Positions 48,727 through 60,200 of a stretch of 64,000 nucleotides of DNA are shown piece by piece. The notes under the pieces were generated by a model. The model ran no database searches. It saw only the letters and a program-made list of their open reading frames with translations, and was not told where the DNA came from. The DNA lies in the NCBI GenBank assembly GCA_963719315.1, contig CAVRBU010000004.1, positions 288,001 through 352,000 on the forward strand. Direction: 5' to 3'. The translations under genes were made by a program, and so were the position numbers. Position 1 is the first letter of the stretch; the number at the start of each line of letters is the position of its first letter. The stretch comes from an uncultured Planctomycetota bacterium (GTDB taxonomy: Bacteria; Planctomycetota; Planctomycetia; Pirellulales; Lacipirellulaceae).

Positions 48727-49164
48727 ATGCCCCTCAAGCTACAACACGACGAGATGCCGGCGCTGAATTTGACGTCGATGATCGACGTGTTGTTCCTGCT
48801 CATCATTTTTTTCATGGTGGCCACCAAGTTCGATGAGATGGATCGAAACATCCAAGTGGCGGTCCCGCAAGTCGCGCAAGCCGGAGAAGACACTCCGCCG
48901 CCGCGGCCGCTGGTTGTGACCGTTTTGGCCGACGGCAAAATGGATCTCGACGGTAAGGCCGTGACGGAAACAGAACTCACCTCCCGTTTGGCCGCCGCAC
49001 GCACGCCGCTCACCGATCCTACCGTTGTCATCCATGGCGACGCAAAGTGTGCGTTTCAACACGTAGCCGCTGCCCTCGGCGCCTGCCGGCAGGCCGGCAT
49101 TTCGGAATTGGGAATCACCGTCCGCATCGCCGCCACGGGCGGCAACGGCAACACGAAGCGCTAG
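48727..49164 (+). CDS. exbD: Biopolymer transporter ExbD
   Basis: LNLTSMIDVLFLLIIFFMV, VVIHGD. Confidence 0.9.
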   Translation: MPLKLQHDEMPALNLTSMIDVLFLLIIFFMVATKFDEMDRNIQVAVPQVAQAGEDTPPPRPLVVTVLADGKMDLDGKAVTETELTSRLAAARTPLTDPTVVIHGDAKCAFQHVAAALGACRQAGISELGITVRIAATGGNGNTKR

Positions 49165-49173
49165 CCGAACCAC

Positions 49174-51023
49174 ATGCATGCGCCTGCTTCATTTTTGTTT
49201 GACGGCGTGAACCCCTGTTTTGCGTCCATGCAACTGACCTACTGGCTGCTGTGGGGTGGTTCGCTTGCGCTAAGCGTCACGCTCGTAATTCTACTCTGGA
49301 CGCGCTGGGGCCACTCTCGCCCGCTGCATAAGTGTGCCGCCCTGTCGCTCATCGTGCACTTGATACTCGCCTTCCTGACCATGACCGTGCGGATCGTGAA
49401 CGGCGATGGTGGGGGTGACGGCGGCGGCGGGCCACCAATCCATGTCCGCATTGTTGAGGAAGCCATCGCTCCGCCGGCGCCCGCCGATGCCAGTAACGCC
49501 AGAGCGACACCTGCGATCGAAGACATCAGCGAAGTGGCTCCGCCCCCGTTGTTCGATCCACCGACGCCCGAAAAAGTAGAGCCGCCGCCATCGACCGAAC
49601 CAGAAGCCGCACCGCCGATTGCCGATCTGCCGCCAAATGTGCCGGCCAAGAAAACGGAAGCGCTCAATGTCGCCAAGGAAGCGCCGACCGCGGTCGCGAA
49701 AACAGGAGAGGCCAAGCCGCTAGAAAAGCCGGAGTCGAAGCAAACGCCGCCAACACAACCCACCGCTGCCAAAGTTGATCCACCGAGTGGCGTTGCCGTA
49801 ACTTCTGCGACCAAGAGCGTAGATTCCGAATCAACGACTACGCCGATGTCTGCCCGAGCCGTGGAATCTGCCACGGCAATTGCCTCCACCCCATACTCAC
49901 TACGTAGTGCGCCGGACCGGCTGGGCCTCGTCGCGGGGCAAGGCGGAAACGCGGAAACCGAGGCGGCCGTCGCCGCCGCACTGCGCTGGTTGGCTGCCGC
50001 ACAAGCCCGCGATGGTCGCTGGGTCGCCGTGCAGTTTGGCGCAGGTCAAGAAGAGTTGACGCTCGGCCAAAACCGGGGCGGGGCAGGGCGGAGCGCCGAT
50101 ACCGGCATCACCGCGCTGGCGCTGCTCGCGTTCCTGGGCGCGGGCCATTCGCACGTTCAGGGCGAGTACCAGGAAACTGTCCGGCGCGGTCTCGATTTTC
50201 TTCTCCGCGCCAAGCGGCAGACGGCAACTTGTTCGGCGACGCCACGCTCTACGCGCGAATGTATTGCCACTCGATGGCAACATTCGCGCTGGCCGAGGCG
50301 CAAGCCGTGACCGGCGATCGGCGACTAGAAGCGGCCGCAATCAAAGCCGTCAACTTCAGTCTGGCCGCGCAAAACTCCACGACCGGCGGATGGCGCTATC
50401 GCCCCGGCGACACGGGTGACACCAGCCAGCTCGGATGGCAAATCATGGCCCTTGCTAGCGCACAGCGGGCGGGCATCAACGTGCCGAGCGAGACTTGGAA
50501 TCGCGTCGAACGATTCCTGCGCACCGTCGAACGCGGTAATCGCGGCGGCCTGGCCAGCTACCGTCCCGATAGTCCAGTGAGCACGTCGATGACGGCCGAA
50601 GCGCTGTACTGCCGGCTGGTTTTGGAGGAGATGGGCGGAGCGAATCTGGTCGAACCCGCCGCCGCCGAGGCGACAACACAACTGCTAGCCATGCCGCCCG
50701 GCGCGGATCGGTTCAACCTGTACTACTGGTATTACGCCACGCTCGCGCTCCATCGCCGCCAACATGCGAATGATGCTGCAACAGCTGCGTGGCGAACTTG
50801 GAACGACGCCATGACAGCCACACTCACCAAGTCGCAGCTCGCCGATGGAAACGATGCCGGTAGTTGGAACTCCAACACGATCTGGGGCGGATACGGCGGC
50901 CGCATTTACACGACAGCGATGGCGACGATGTGTCTTGAAGTGTATTACCGCTACGCGCCCGCACCTCCCCGCGGCGGCACGGGGTCCGCAGCACGCCCCC
51001 AAACTCAATCAATGGCGCGCTAG
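49174..51023 (+). CDS. Membrane-anchored prenyltransferase/squalene-cyclase repeat protein (frameshift at about 50212)
   Basis: TM SLIVH, Pro-rich linker, ALRWLAAAQARDGRW, TALALLAFLGAG, MYCHSMATFALAE, GGWRY, YYWYYATLAL, GGRIYTTA. Confidence 0.8.
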
Positions 51024-51109
51024 AACCCTCGCCCTTTGAGATAGGGCGGGGTGAGGGTGCATTGGTCGCTGGTAACTCGCCGCGCAGAAAGCACGACTCG
51101 ATACAGCGT

Positions 51110-51460
51110 CTAAGCTGCGATGCGTAACCGCACGTGCGGCACAGGCACCGCCACGACCGGGTGCAACTTCAATTGCTGCACGACGAGATGAGTCGCCTGT
51201 TCCAGCGCTGCCGCGGCCAGTTCGGCGAATGCTTTCGCCGGCCACTCCCGGCCAACGAGCTGTGTGGCTTCCTCACGCACGAACGATATCGCGTGGGCAT
51301 GCACGTAACCGCGCAACTCCGCGGCCGACATCCTGACGGTATCCGCGCTGAGCTGCTCCAACGTCGCCTCGACGCTTCGCTCAGCGATTTCGCGGGCCAA
51401 AGTGTCTCTCGGCAAGCTTGCCCGTTGTTTGCGAATGCTAAGCATGATGTCATCCCCCAA
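51110..51460 (-). CDS. Hypothetical protein
   Basis: Helical ORF with MSAAELRGYV motif; start uncertain. Confidence 0.55.
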   Translation of the reverse strand: MGDDIMLSIRKQRASLPRDTLAREIAERSVEATLEQLSADTVRMSAAELRGYVHAHAISFVREEATQLVGREWPAKAFAELAAAALEQATHLVVQQLKLHPVVAVPVPHVRLRIAA

Positions 51461-51556
51461 CTCGCCTGAACTTGACCAGGTTTCCCTAATCGCTTAATTT
51501 TTAAGCAAGTTGGCTGTTGGAAACGGTCGAAACGGTTAGAGTGATTTTGGGTGTAC

Positions 51557-51628
51557 GGCGCCGTAGCCAAGTGGCTAAGGCAACGGATTGCAAATCCGTC
51601 ATCCCCGGTTCGAATCCGGGCGGCGCCT
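51557..51628 (+). tRNA. tRNA-Cys(GCA)
   Basis: GGCGCCGTAGCCAAGTGGCTAAGGCAACGGATT-GCA-AATCCGTCATCCCCGGTTCGAATCCGGGCGGCGCCT. Confidence 0.96.
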
Positions 51629-51632
51629 CTAG

Positions 51633-51674
51633 AAGCCACCTCGGAAACGACGGCGTTTGCGAGGTGGCTTTTTT
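51633..51674 (+). terminator. Intrinsic terminator after tRNA-Cys
   Basis: AAGCCACCTCG...CGAGGTGGCTT followed by TTTT. Confidence 0.7.
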
Positions 51675-51925
51675 ATTGGCCCCCACCGCCCGACGCAAGC
51701 CCGACTAGTGCTAGCGTTCGCTTCTGCTGAGTGGAGCAATGGTTCGGAGACCGCAGCGCAAGCAATGGACTTCGGCCGGGTGAGCGCACAACTCTCTTGC
51801 CTGCGATCCGGTCCAACGTCTGGCAACTCGCCTTGCGGGAGCTCCGCACCATCAGTATCCTTCGCGGCCTCGTCTCCGCCCTTAACTCTCTTCTCAATGG
51901 GGCGATCGACCGCGAAGGAGAATCG

Positions 51926-52597
51926 ATGGACCGTTCCCACGCTCGAGTTGCTGCCGCAAATCGAATCGTCGCCCTGCTGCTCGCCGCCACGCTGCTCATC
52001 GCGAACAGCGGCTGTCCGGCATTGCTGGCAACCGGTATCTATGTTTGGGAGGGAGGCAACTTTGCCCCGGCCGAATTCGAGGGTCTCAAAGGCCAGCGGG
52101 TTGTCGTGATGTGCAAGCCGCCGTCGTCGCACGAGTACCGGCATGCCGGCGCATCGCGGAACATCTCCGCGCGCGTGAGCGAGCTATTGGTCAAGAACAT
52201 CCGAGACATCGACGTCGTGAACCCGCGCGAAGTCGACAAATGGGTCGACGAAAGTGACTGGGGCGATTTCCGCGAACTGGCTCAAGCCGTGCATGCCGAC
52301 AAGGTCGTGCACATCGAACTAGCCGACTTCGAGCTGTATAAGGGCAAGACGCTCTATCAAGGCCGTGCCGACGTAACCGTCACGGTTTACGACATGAAAG
52401 ACCATAGCAAAGTATTGTGGGACAAACACCTGGGCGAAGTCCTCTACCCGGTGAACAGCGGTATCCCGGCCCAAGACAAGCCCGTACAACAGTTCGAACG
52501 TGAATTCATCGAGATTGTCTCCGACAAAATCGCGATGAGCTTCTATCGCCACGATCCGAACGAGCAATTCGCCATCGATGCCACGGCGAATCGATAG
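51926..52597 (+). CDS. Conserved planctomycete lipoprotein
   Basis: AAGGAG RBS, lipobox NSGC. Confidence 0.7.
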   Translation: MDRSHARVAAANRIVALLLAATLLIANSGCPALLATGIYVWEGGNFAPAEFEGLKGQRVVVMCKPPSSHEYRHAGASRNISARVSELLVKNIRDIDVVNPREVDKWVDESDWGDFRELAQAVHADKVVHIELADFELYKGKTLYQGRADVTVTVYDMKDHSKVLWDKHLGEVLYPVNSGIPAQDKPVQQFEREFIEIVSDKIAMSFYRHDPNEQFAIDATANR

Positions 52598-52682
52598 ACG
52601 GCGTTGGGTATGAATTACTATTGTAAGTGGGCAGTACAAAGTAGCCTCACGTGCAATCACCGCCTATCGCTTGCGGCTTAGC

Positions 52683-54737
52683 TTACAATGGCGGCGGATC
52701 GCGGCGCGGCTTCTTCGGAGGGTCCATGCGCTCCGGTTTCGGACGATTCTTATTCCTTTCTGCCCGCGCTAGCCGGCCCCGCACGTCCGTAAACATCTCG
52801 TGCCACTCCCAGCCGAACGGTTGCCGCAGCTCCTTCTCTGCGTCCATCGCCCAGGGAGTGCCCTTGTGATCCGTCACCACACGGGTCAGATACTTCTTCG
52901 CTTCCTCGGCATCTCTTGCCAGGGCGCTGCTCACGGTGACCGACTCAGAAGGCTTGAGCTCCCAAGTGTCGCTCTGCTCTTCTTTAAACTTCATGCCTTG
53001 CTTCGCGATCGCAAGCATTGCATTGTAGCCCTCGGTCCGCACTTTTACGGCCAGCGCTCGGCCGATCGCCAGGTCGAAGCCGGCCTGCCAGCGGGGTGTG
53101 GCGACTTTGTCCCGGTCGCGCTCGCCTTGCCTCAAAATGCCGGACAAGGCCTCGATTTTCGGCTCCAACTTCGCCGCATCCCGCTGCGCGGTGGAAAGCT
53201 CGCGGGCGAATTGGCCATCGTCCACGCGCGGGAACCGAAGTCGCACGTTTTCCATCGGCGTCGTGGCCGAGAGACGCGAAGCCTCGACCAGCGCTGCACA
53301 TGCCTTGTTTGATTTGAGCAACTCGTAATACTGTTTGGCCGACACATAGTCGGGCCGGTAGTTCCGCATCACGCGTTCATCGAAAAACAGCGAGATATAC
53401 GACGACATGGCCGCCGTTTCCCAAGGCTGTACCTTCTTGCCCGATTCCCGATTCGGATGGACCGTGAAATACAGGCCGCCCGTTTCGTACGCCAGTCGGC
53501 TCAGCCCAAACGGACCGAAGCCCGAATCGACCTGTTCCTCGTCCTTGGCCGTGCCGCCGAAGAGCAGCATCAACCGTTCGGGCAGCAGCGATTCCGGCCC
53601 TTGGTGCACCGGCACCTTTTGCGGCGTTTGATCGTACTTCGGGTCCGGATCGACGTATTTCACAAACGCCGTCTCGCGACCAAACGGGGACGGTACGCCG
53701 ATCACGTACACCGGCATTTCATATTTGCGACACACATCCACTGCCGCATCGAGCGCTTGAATATCGTCGCCCGCTTCATCCGTGAACACGACGATCATCA
53801 CGTTCCGCCGCGGCGAAGCCAAACGCTGCATGCGAAACTTGTCGGCCAGAAAGCCAACCGATTCGAACACATTTTCTTTCCCGTCGCCGTTCGGATCGTC
53901 CTCGATGGCACGCACCGCTGCCTTGATCTCCTCCAAATCGGCCGTGGGTTTGGGCGTCAACAACTTCACGGAACTGCCAAACTCCGCGATCGAAGTCAGC
54001 AGCGGCTGTTGGCCATGTCGCTTGAACGCCTCGTTGCCAGAAGTCTCAATAATGCCAAGCTCCTTGTACACGCGATCGAAACGCTTGGCGATCGATTCGC
54101 GCTGTGGCTTAAGACTGCCCGACTGGTCGAACAACCAGGCCACGAGCGTGGGCCGCTCATCGAGCGATAACACGATTTCGTGCGTAATGCGATCGACCGC
54201 CCCGGTTGCCCCGGTCGTGCCGGCGGTGCCGGAACCCTTAGTGATCACATTATCGGGCAGATTCGGGCCTTCGAGGATCGTGCGATTGAACTCGTGGACC
54301 TCAATGTTGCCGACGGCAGTCGTAGGCTCTAGCTCGTATGAAATCCGGGATTCCGCCGCCTCGATCGGCGCGGAAGGCCGGGCTGCGTCCAATCCGCTCT
54401 CGCTGAGCGCGCCCACTTGCTCGTGCACATCCGGCGAGAAGTGAAATTCCTGCGCCAGCGGTGTATCGTCGAGTTCCTCGAGTGGGGCCGTTGTGAGCAG
54501 CAGTTTGTCGCGAATCGGGATGTAAAGCGTGAGTGACGCCAACACGACGATTACGGCCAGATGCACCGTAAAGCTAACAAGCCAGGCGGAGAAATCGCGG
54601 AACGTAGGCAACCCTGCGCGAAAGGCGCCTAGTTTCGACCACAGCCGCGGATTTTCGACCGTCGCCACGTCCAGTCCCTCACCACCGTTCCGCCGGCCTG
54701 CCGCGGGGCTCGAACCGGCCTTCCCAGCCACTATCAA
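52683..54737 (-). CDS. Membrane-anchored VWA domain protein
   Basis: TM SFTVH, MIDAS LFDQSGSL, VFTDEAGDD, VYVIGV; start uncertain. Confidence 0.85.
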   Translation of the reverse strand: MIVAGKAGSSPAAGRRNGGEGLDVATVENPRLWSKLGAFRAGLPTFRDFSAWLVSFTVHLAVIVVLASLTLYIPIRDKLLLTTAPLEELDDTPLAQEFHFSPDVHEQVGALSESGLDAARPSAPIEAAESRISYELEPTTAVGNIEVHEFNRTILEGPNLPDNVITKGSGTAGTTGATGAVDRITHEIVLSLDERPTLVAWLFDQSGSLKPQRESIAKRFDRVYKELGIIETSGNEAFKRHGQQPLLTSIAEFGSSVKLLTPKPTADLEEIKAAVRAIEDDPNGDGKENVFESVGFLADKFRMQRLASPRRNVMIVVFTDEAGDDIQALDAAVDVCRKYEMPVYVIGVPSPFGRETAFVKYVDPDPKYDQTPQKVPVHQGPESLLPERLMLLFGGTAKDEEQVDSGFGPFGLSRLAYETGGLYFTVHPNRESGKKVQPWETAAMSSYISLFFDERVMRNYRPDYVSAKQYYELLKSNKACAALVEASRLSATTPMENVRLRFPRVDDGQFARELSTAQRDAAKLEPKIEALSGILRQGERDRDKVATPRWQAGFDLAIGRALAVKVRTEGYNAMLAIAKQGMKFKEEQSDTWELKPSESVTVSSALARDAEEAKKYLTRVVTDHKGTPWAMDAEKELRQPFGWEWHEMFTDVRGRLARAERNKNRPKPERMDPPKKPRRDPPPL

Positions 54738-54977
54738 TCATCTTCCATCGGCGCGGTTTCGGCAACTAGAAGGCAGCAAAGTGGCAGGCATGCTCCGCAT
54801 GCTGTGGGCCGCCGTTCGGAAGCGACATTTTCCTTGCCCCATGACGACACGCGAGCGGACCTACTACTTTGGCGACCATTCGTTTGCCGCTGCAAATCCG
54901 AGTATAATAGGGCTGACCCCGGCCCGAATTCGAGAAAAATCAACCGCCGGCTATCGAGTAAGTGCAGGAGCTTGTTC

Positions 54978-55949
54978 ATGAACATCGGCCAAAACCTAAT
55001 CCGACTGGCATTGATCGTTGGTTTTATGGCAGCCACCGCCGGCCCAGCCGCTGCGCAGGATCGCGAAGGTCCGCCCGCCGAACCCGTCAATCTGGTCACT
55101 AAAGATGGCGTGCAACTCAAGGCGACCTACTATCCGGGCGCCGCTCGCAAGGGTTCCACGCAGGCGAAACAAACTACACCCGTCATCCTGCTGCACGATT
55201 TCAAGGGCACGCGGGCCGTGTACAGTCAACTCGTTGCGAAGCTCCAAGCTTCCGCCGAGCCAGGCGTCGAGCACCCGTACTTTGCCATACTCGCCGTCGA
55301 TCTTCGCGCTCACGGTGCAAGCACGAAGCAGTTTTCGCCCGACGGCGCCGTCACCGATCTCGACGCCGCCAAACTTTCCAAGGAAGGCCTTTTCGCGATG
55401 GCTAGCCTCGACATGGAAGCTATCCGCAGCTTCCTGGTGGATAAGAACGACGCCGGCGAATTGAACATCAATAAGTTGTGCCTCGTCGGCTCCGGAATGG
55501 GGGCGAGTGTCGCGGTAAACTGGGCCGCCATCGATTGGGCGGCACCGCCGCTAGCCGTTGGTAAACAGGGTCAAGACGTGAAGGCAGTCGTGCTCATTTC
55601 GCCCCGCTGGTCGTACAACGGCCTGTCGATGCAAGAGCCCATGAAATTCGCGCTCCTCAAAAAGAACGTGGCTTGGCTACTGATTTGTGGTGGTCAAGAC
55701 AGCAAGGTCAAAGCAGATTTCGAGCGCGTTCAGAGTCAATTGGAAAGATTTCACCCGGCCACGGAAAAGAAATCCGGCACTCCCATGCGTAGTGGCTTAG
55801 TGACGAGCCTGATCCCCTCCAGCCTGCAAGGCGATAAGCTTCTCTCCCAAACGGGCGATGTGATCGACGACCAGATCGTCAAGTTTCTCACGGATAACGT
55901 GGCCGATTTGCAGCATCCCTGGACCAGCCGCCGCAATCGCCTACCATAG
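54978..55949 (+). CDS. Exported alpha/beta-hydrolase-fold protein
   Basis: GGAG RBS, signal peptide, VILLH, AVDLRAHG, LVGSGMGA, VVLISP. Confidence 0.8.
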   Translation: MNIGQNLIRLALIVGFMAATAGPAAAQDREGPPAEPVNLVTKDGVQLKATYYPGAARKGSTQAKQTTPVILLHDFKGTRAVYSQLVAKLQASAEPGVEHPYFAILAVDLRAHGASTKQFSPDGAVTDLDAAKLSKEGLFAMASLDMEAIRSFLVDKNDAGELNINKLCLVGSGMGASVAVNWAAIDWAAPPLAVGKQGQDVKAVVLISPRWSYNGLSMQEPMKFALLKKNVAWLLICGGQDSKVKADFERVQSQLERFHPATEKKSGTPMRSGLVTSLIPSSLQGDKLLSQTGDVIDDQIVKFLTDNVADLQHPWTSRRNRLP

Positions 55950-55981
55950 TTTCGCCGCGCCGAGGCAGATCAAGTTGAGAG

Positions 55982-57013
55982 CTATTCAAACGGCACTGGC
56001 CGCGCAAGTTGTGCCCGCGGGATAATATCCTCGCCGGATGACATCGCTCGAACTGGAACCAAGTTACCGCTGGCCGCTTCTCGCACCGAGCTGCCGTTCG
56101 GAAAACTGGCCCGACGACTTTGCCAGTCCCAAGACGTGCGCAACGCGCGATCGGGCATTTGGAGTTCGGCGCCGATCGGCAACAAATCGGGATTCGACAA
56201 GAGCCCGCGATTCAGCTCGAAGATCTCGGCGCTGCGCTGCGGATCACCAAGGTACCGGCCGGCCAGCTTCTCCAGGGAGTCGCCATCGACGACCACGTGA
56301 ATACGCGGCTCTTCGCGTTCTTCGGTAGCTGGCCAAGGGGGCGCGGCGAGTCGGTCGTTGTCCGCAACTTTTGCGGGCACATCGTAAGCCGCGTTTGTGG
56401 CCGATGTGGCACCACCGTCGCTCGCAAAACTTGTTGGCAAGAGCTGCGGTGCTTGCCCATCCGCATTCACGTTGTATACATCATCGTTGTGCGAGAACGC
56501 GAGATGCTCCGATTCAACCGGTGGCGTCCGGCGAATCGTAGCCGGGCTGCGCGGTTCATTGCCGATCGGCCGCGGCGCCTCGTGGCGTAAACTCGCCCGA
56601 GGAGCGCCATTGAACCACGGCCCGAATCGATTCGATTCCGCAACAGCAGTCGCACGCGGCGGAGTGATCTCAGTAGCATGCTCGCCGATCGTTGCTGCGA
56701 TCGGAGCAAGGTGCGGTTCCAACAGCGGAGCTTGCAGCGCGTTGGGCGTTGTAATTGCAGAATCGGCGGCAGCCGCATCCGGCACCAGGCGAACGCTGCT
56801 CGCCGGCCAGGCGCCGATCGCCGGTTCGACCGGCGCGGCTCCGACCAGATGCCCCAGGTTCGGCGTCGCTGAATTTAGCGCTTGCTGAAGGGCAGCCGGC
56901 TCGCCCAACAGAACGGCGACGCCGAGGCCGGTCCCCATCAGAGCAGCCGCAATGAACAACTTACGAAACGCAGTCACGTCGAAACCTCGAAATCGAGCGA
57001 ACGCGGGATTCAC
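55982..57013 (-). CDS. LysM domain protein
   Basis: N-terminal TM; HVVVDGDSLEKLAGRYLGD...IFELNR...LPIGAELQMP. Confidence 0.8.
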   Translation of the reverse strand: MNPAFARFRGFDVTAFRKLFIAAALMGTGLGVAVLLGEPAALQQALNSATPNLGHLVGAAPVEPAIGAWPASSVRLVPDAAAADSAITTPNALQAPLLEPHLAPIAATIGEHATEITPPRATAVAESNRFGPWFNGAPRASLRHEAPRPIGNEPRSPATIRRTPPVESEHLAFSHNDDVYNVNADGQAPQLLPTSFASDGGATSATNAAYDVPAKVADNDRLAAPPWPATEEREEPRIHVVVDGDSLEKLAGRYLGDPQRSAEIFELNRGLLSNPDLLPIGAELQMPDRALRTSWDWQSRRASFPNGSSVREAASGNLVPVRAMSSGEDIIPRAQLARPVPFE

Positions 57014-57258
57014 CAGCCCGGTGAAACCAACGTCCAGCTTGCGACGGGTTCGTCCGTGAACTTACATCGAGACCGCGCCTGTCGCGCAGTCTGCTCTATT
57101 CTTCGTCACGCAGCGTGCCGTAGTTCGCGCGCAAGTAGGGTGGGCGCCCGGTTTTCGTGATCGCACAATCCGTCGGCGTGCAATAGAGAAACTATTCTCG
57201 ACGGGCAAATTGTGCCGATTGTGACGATCGACGCGTCCGAATCCGACTGGGCAAGATG

Positions 57259-60200
57259 TCAGCGCGCCGGCTGCATCCTGCGCGTCGTTGTTGCCGGCGC
57301 CTCGGGAACCTGCGCCGCACTTACGCCGCTAAGCCACAACAGCACGGGTGAAGCAACATAGATCGAACTGTACGTACCGACTACGACGCCCACCAAGAAC
57401 GCAAATGCAAAGCTGTGGAGTCCTGCGCCGCCGTAAAGGTATAGAACGACCACGACGATGAACACGGTAAACACGGTCAGGATCGTCCGGCTCAACGTCT
57501 GATTGATGCTGTCGTTCACCATCTTAGCCGTCAGCCGCGGCGTCTTGCCTTTGATCTCGCGCAAGCGGTCGAATGTCACGATCGTGTCGTTCACCGAGTA
57601 GCCGATGATCGTCAACAGCGCCGCGACGATCGTCAGGTTAATCTGGAACGAATCGATTCTCAGCGCGTGAGCCAGCGCGGGCACCGCCTCGACGATGTAA
57701 TAACTCAGGGCGATCATGCCGATGGTCATCAGCACGTCGTGAATTAATGCCACTCCGGCAGCGATCCCGTAGGCCGGTTTGTGGAACCTGAGCCACAGGT
57801 AGATAATCATCGCCACGATGCTGATGGAGGTCGCCAAGAGTGCCTGAAATTGCATGTTCGCCGACACTCGCCCACCGATCGTATTGGCCAACGGAAACAG
57901 GGGCGTGTTTTGCAATTCGGTTTGCAGATGTTCGAGCACGCCGCGCGTTTCGGCTTCGTCGAGGCCGGTAAACCGAGCCGTCCATTGAGGAAGTCGCACA
58001 CTACTGCCCGTACGATGTTCCGGGTTGGTCAACGTGACGCGCACCCCCGGATGGCCCTGCTTCGCGAGCGCCAATACGATTTGATCCTCGAGCGCATCGT
58101 GGGTCATGCCTTTCTCATCCGCGTACTCCGGCCCGGCATTCACCAACAGCTTGGCCTCGGTCCCCGTAAAGTCCGCGTCGGCAACCGGCTTCAAGCCCTG
58201 GAACTCAAGCGAATACCTTTTGAGCTTATCGCCGAACTCCTTGACGATCGCGCCTTTGACCTTGTCCACCTCTTGCTCGCTGGTATCCACGGTGTACCCG
58301 GTGTTCTTGTCGCCGCGCCCGACGATCAGGAGGTTTTTATCGGCGAGATCGGTTTTTACCAGCACGTTCCGAACGTCTGCCAGCGACATCTTGTCTTTGT
58401 CGTTCAGCGTGAATGTGACCGACGACCCGCCCGTGAAGTCGATATCCAGCAGTTGCGAGCCGCGGAAGTAGGCCGCGATCATCCCAATTCCAATCAGTGT
58501 CCAGGACCCGACCAGCATGATCCACCGCAACCGCAGAAAGTCGAAATTCGGCTTCGAGAAAATGTGCATCATGCGGAGCTGCTTGATCCAGCCGCGTCGC
58601 TCGGCAATATCAAAGATCAAACGCGCCACGAAGATGGCAGTGAACATGCTGGTCAGAATGCCCAACACCAACGTGATGGCGAAGCCCTTCACCTGGTCGG
58701 TGCCGATGTAAAATAGCACGATGCCGGAGATAATCGTCGTCAAATTCGAGTCGACGATCGCGCTCATCGCGCGGCCGAAGCCGTTGCGAATGGCCATTCG
58801 CAGCGCGGCTCCGTTATCCAGCTCTTCGCGAATTCGTTCGTAGATGAGCACGTTGGCATCGACCGACATACCGACCGTGAGCGCCAAACCAGCCAGGCCC
58901 GGCAACGTGAACGCGGCTTTGATCAGCACCATCAACGCCAACACCATCAGCAGGTTGAGAGTGAGCGCCATGCAGGCGACGATGCCGGCGAATCGGTAGT
59001 ACACGATCATGAAGGCCACGACACCCAAAAGCGACGCAATGATCGCTCGCTTGCCTTGCTCGACCGTCTGCCCACCCAACGTCGGGCTGATGATTTCCTG
59101 GCTGATCGGCGTTTTGTTGATAGCCGCTTGTAAACTTCCCGCGTTGAGTACCTCGACGTAGAGTTCTACTTCGCGGTCGGTCATCGATCCTCCGCTGATT
59201 TGGCCGCGGCTAGAGATAGTCGAATTGATGCTGGGCGCGTTGACAAGTTTTCCATCGAGTAATATCCCCAATAACCGCTTCTTCTCCGGCGTCGCAGGGT
59301 TCGGCAAGTTATGACTCGTGAGTCCTTCAAACCGCTGAGCTCCGGCAGCATTGAAGGAAAACTGCACATCCGGATTGCCGCGATCGTCTATACCCTTTGT
59401 GACGCTGCTAAGATACGCGCCCGTTACGTTGTAGCTGTCGATGAGCACCAGGATTTCAGGCCCGTCAATTCCTGTCCGTTTTACGAATCCATTTTGCCGA
59501 TCAACCGGACCGAACTCTTTGGCTTCCAGGTCATAGGGTACCCATTTGGCGATCAATCGACCGCCCAGCATCACCTCTTGCTTGTTAGGCGGCACAAGTT
59601 TCGCGGCATCGATTGCGGGCTTATCCTTTGGCGTTTCCGGATCAGCAGTGATTCGGAATTCAAGCTGCCCCATCTTCGTAATTTTTTCCTTCACGAAGTC
59701 CATCTCGTCTTGACCAACCTGAGGAATAATTATTTCCACTGCTGGTCCATATTCGCGAACCGTGATTTCCTTGGTCCCGTCTGGATCCAAACGCTGCTTG
59801 AGCGAGCCGATGAGTTCCACCATCGTGAATTCCCGGCCTCCACTTATTAGCCTTTGCGCACTAGCCGTTGTATTCGAATTCTGGGGACCAGACACGGCTT
59901 TTGGCGCATCCTGCAACTCGTAAATCAGCGTGATGCCGCCGGCCAGGTCGGGCCCGAATTTGAACTGACCGAACGTGCACACCAGGATCGAACCTGCCAA
60001 AATGCCGAGCGTTAGACTGATCTTCCAGGCGTGATCGGGCATCTTCCAGATCCGCCCCAGGTAGTTGCCCGCCAAGATCGGTAACACGAACAGCGCCAAC
60101 AGCGTCAATAACAAACTCCACGGTCCCCACCCGCTGTTTGCCACGTCCCCCGGCTTGGCTCCAGCGGCTTGAGCCGCTTTGGTGGCGAGCGAGTCCGCCG

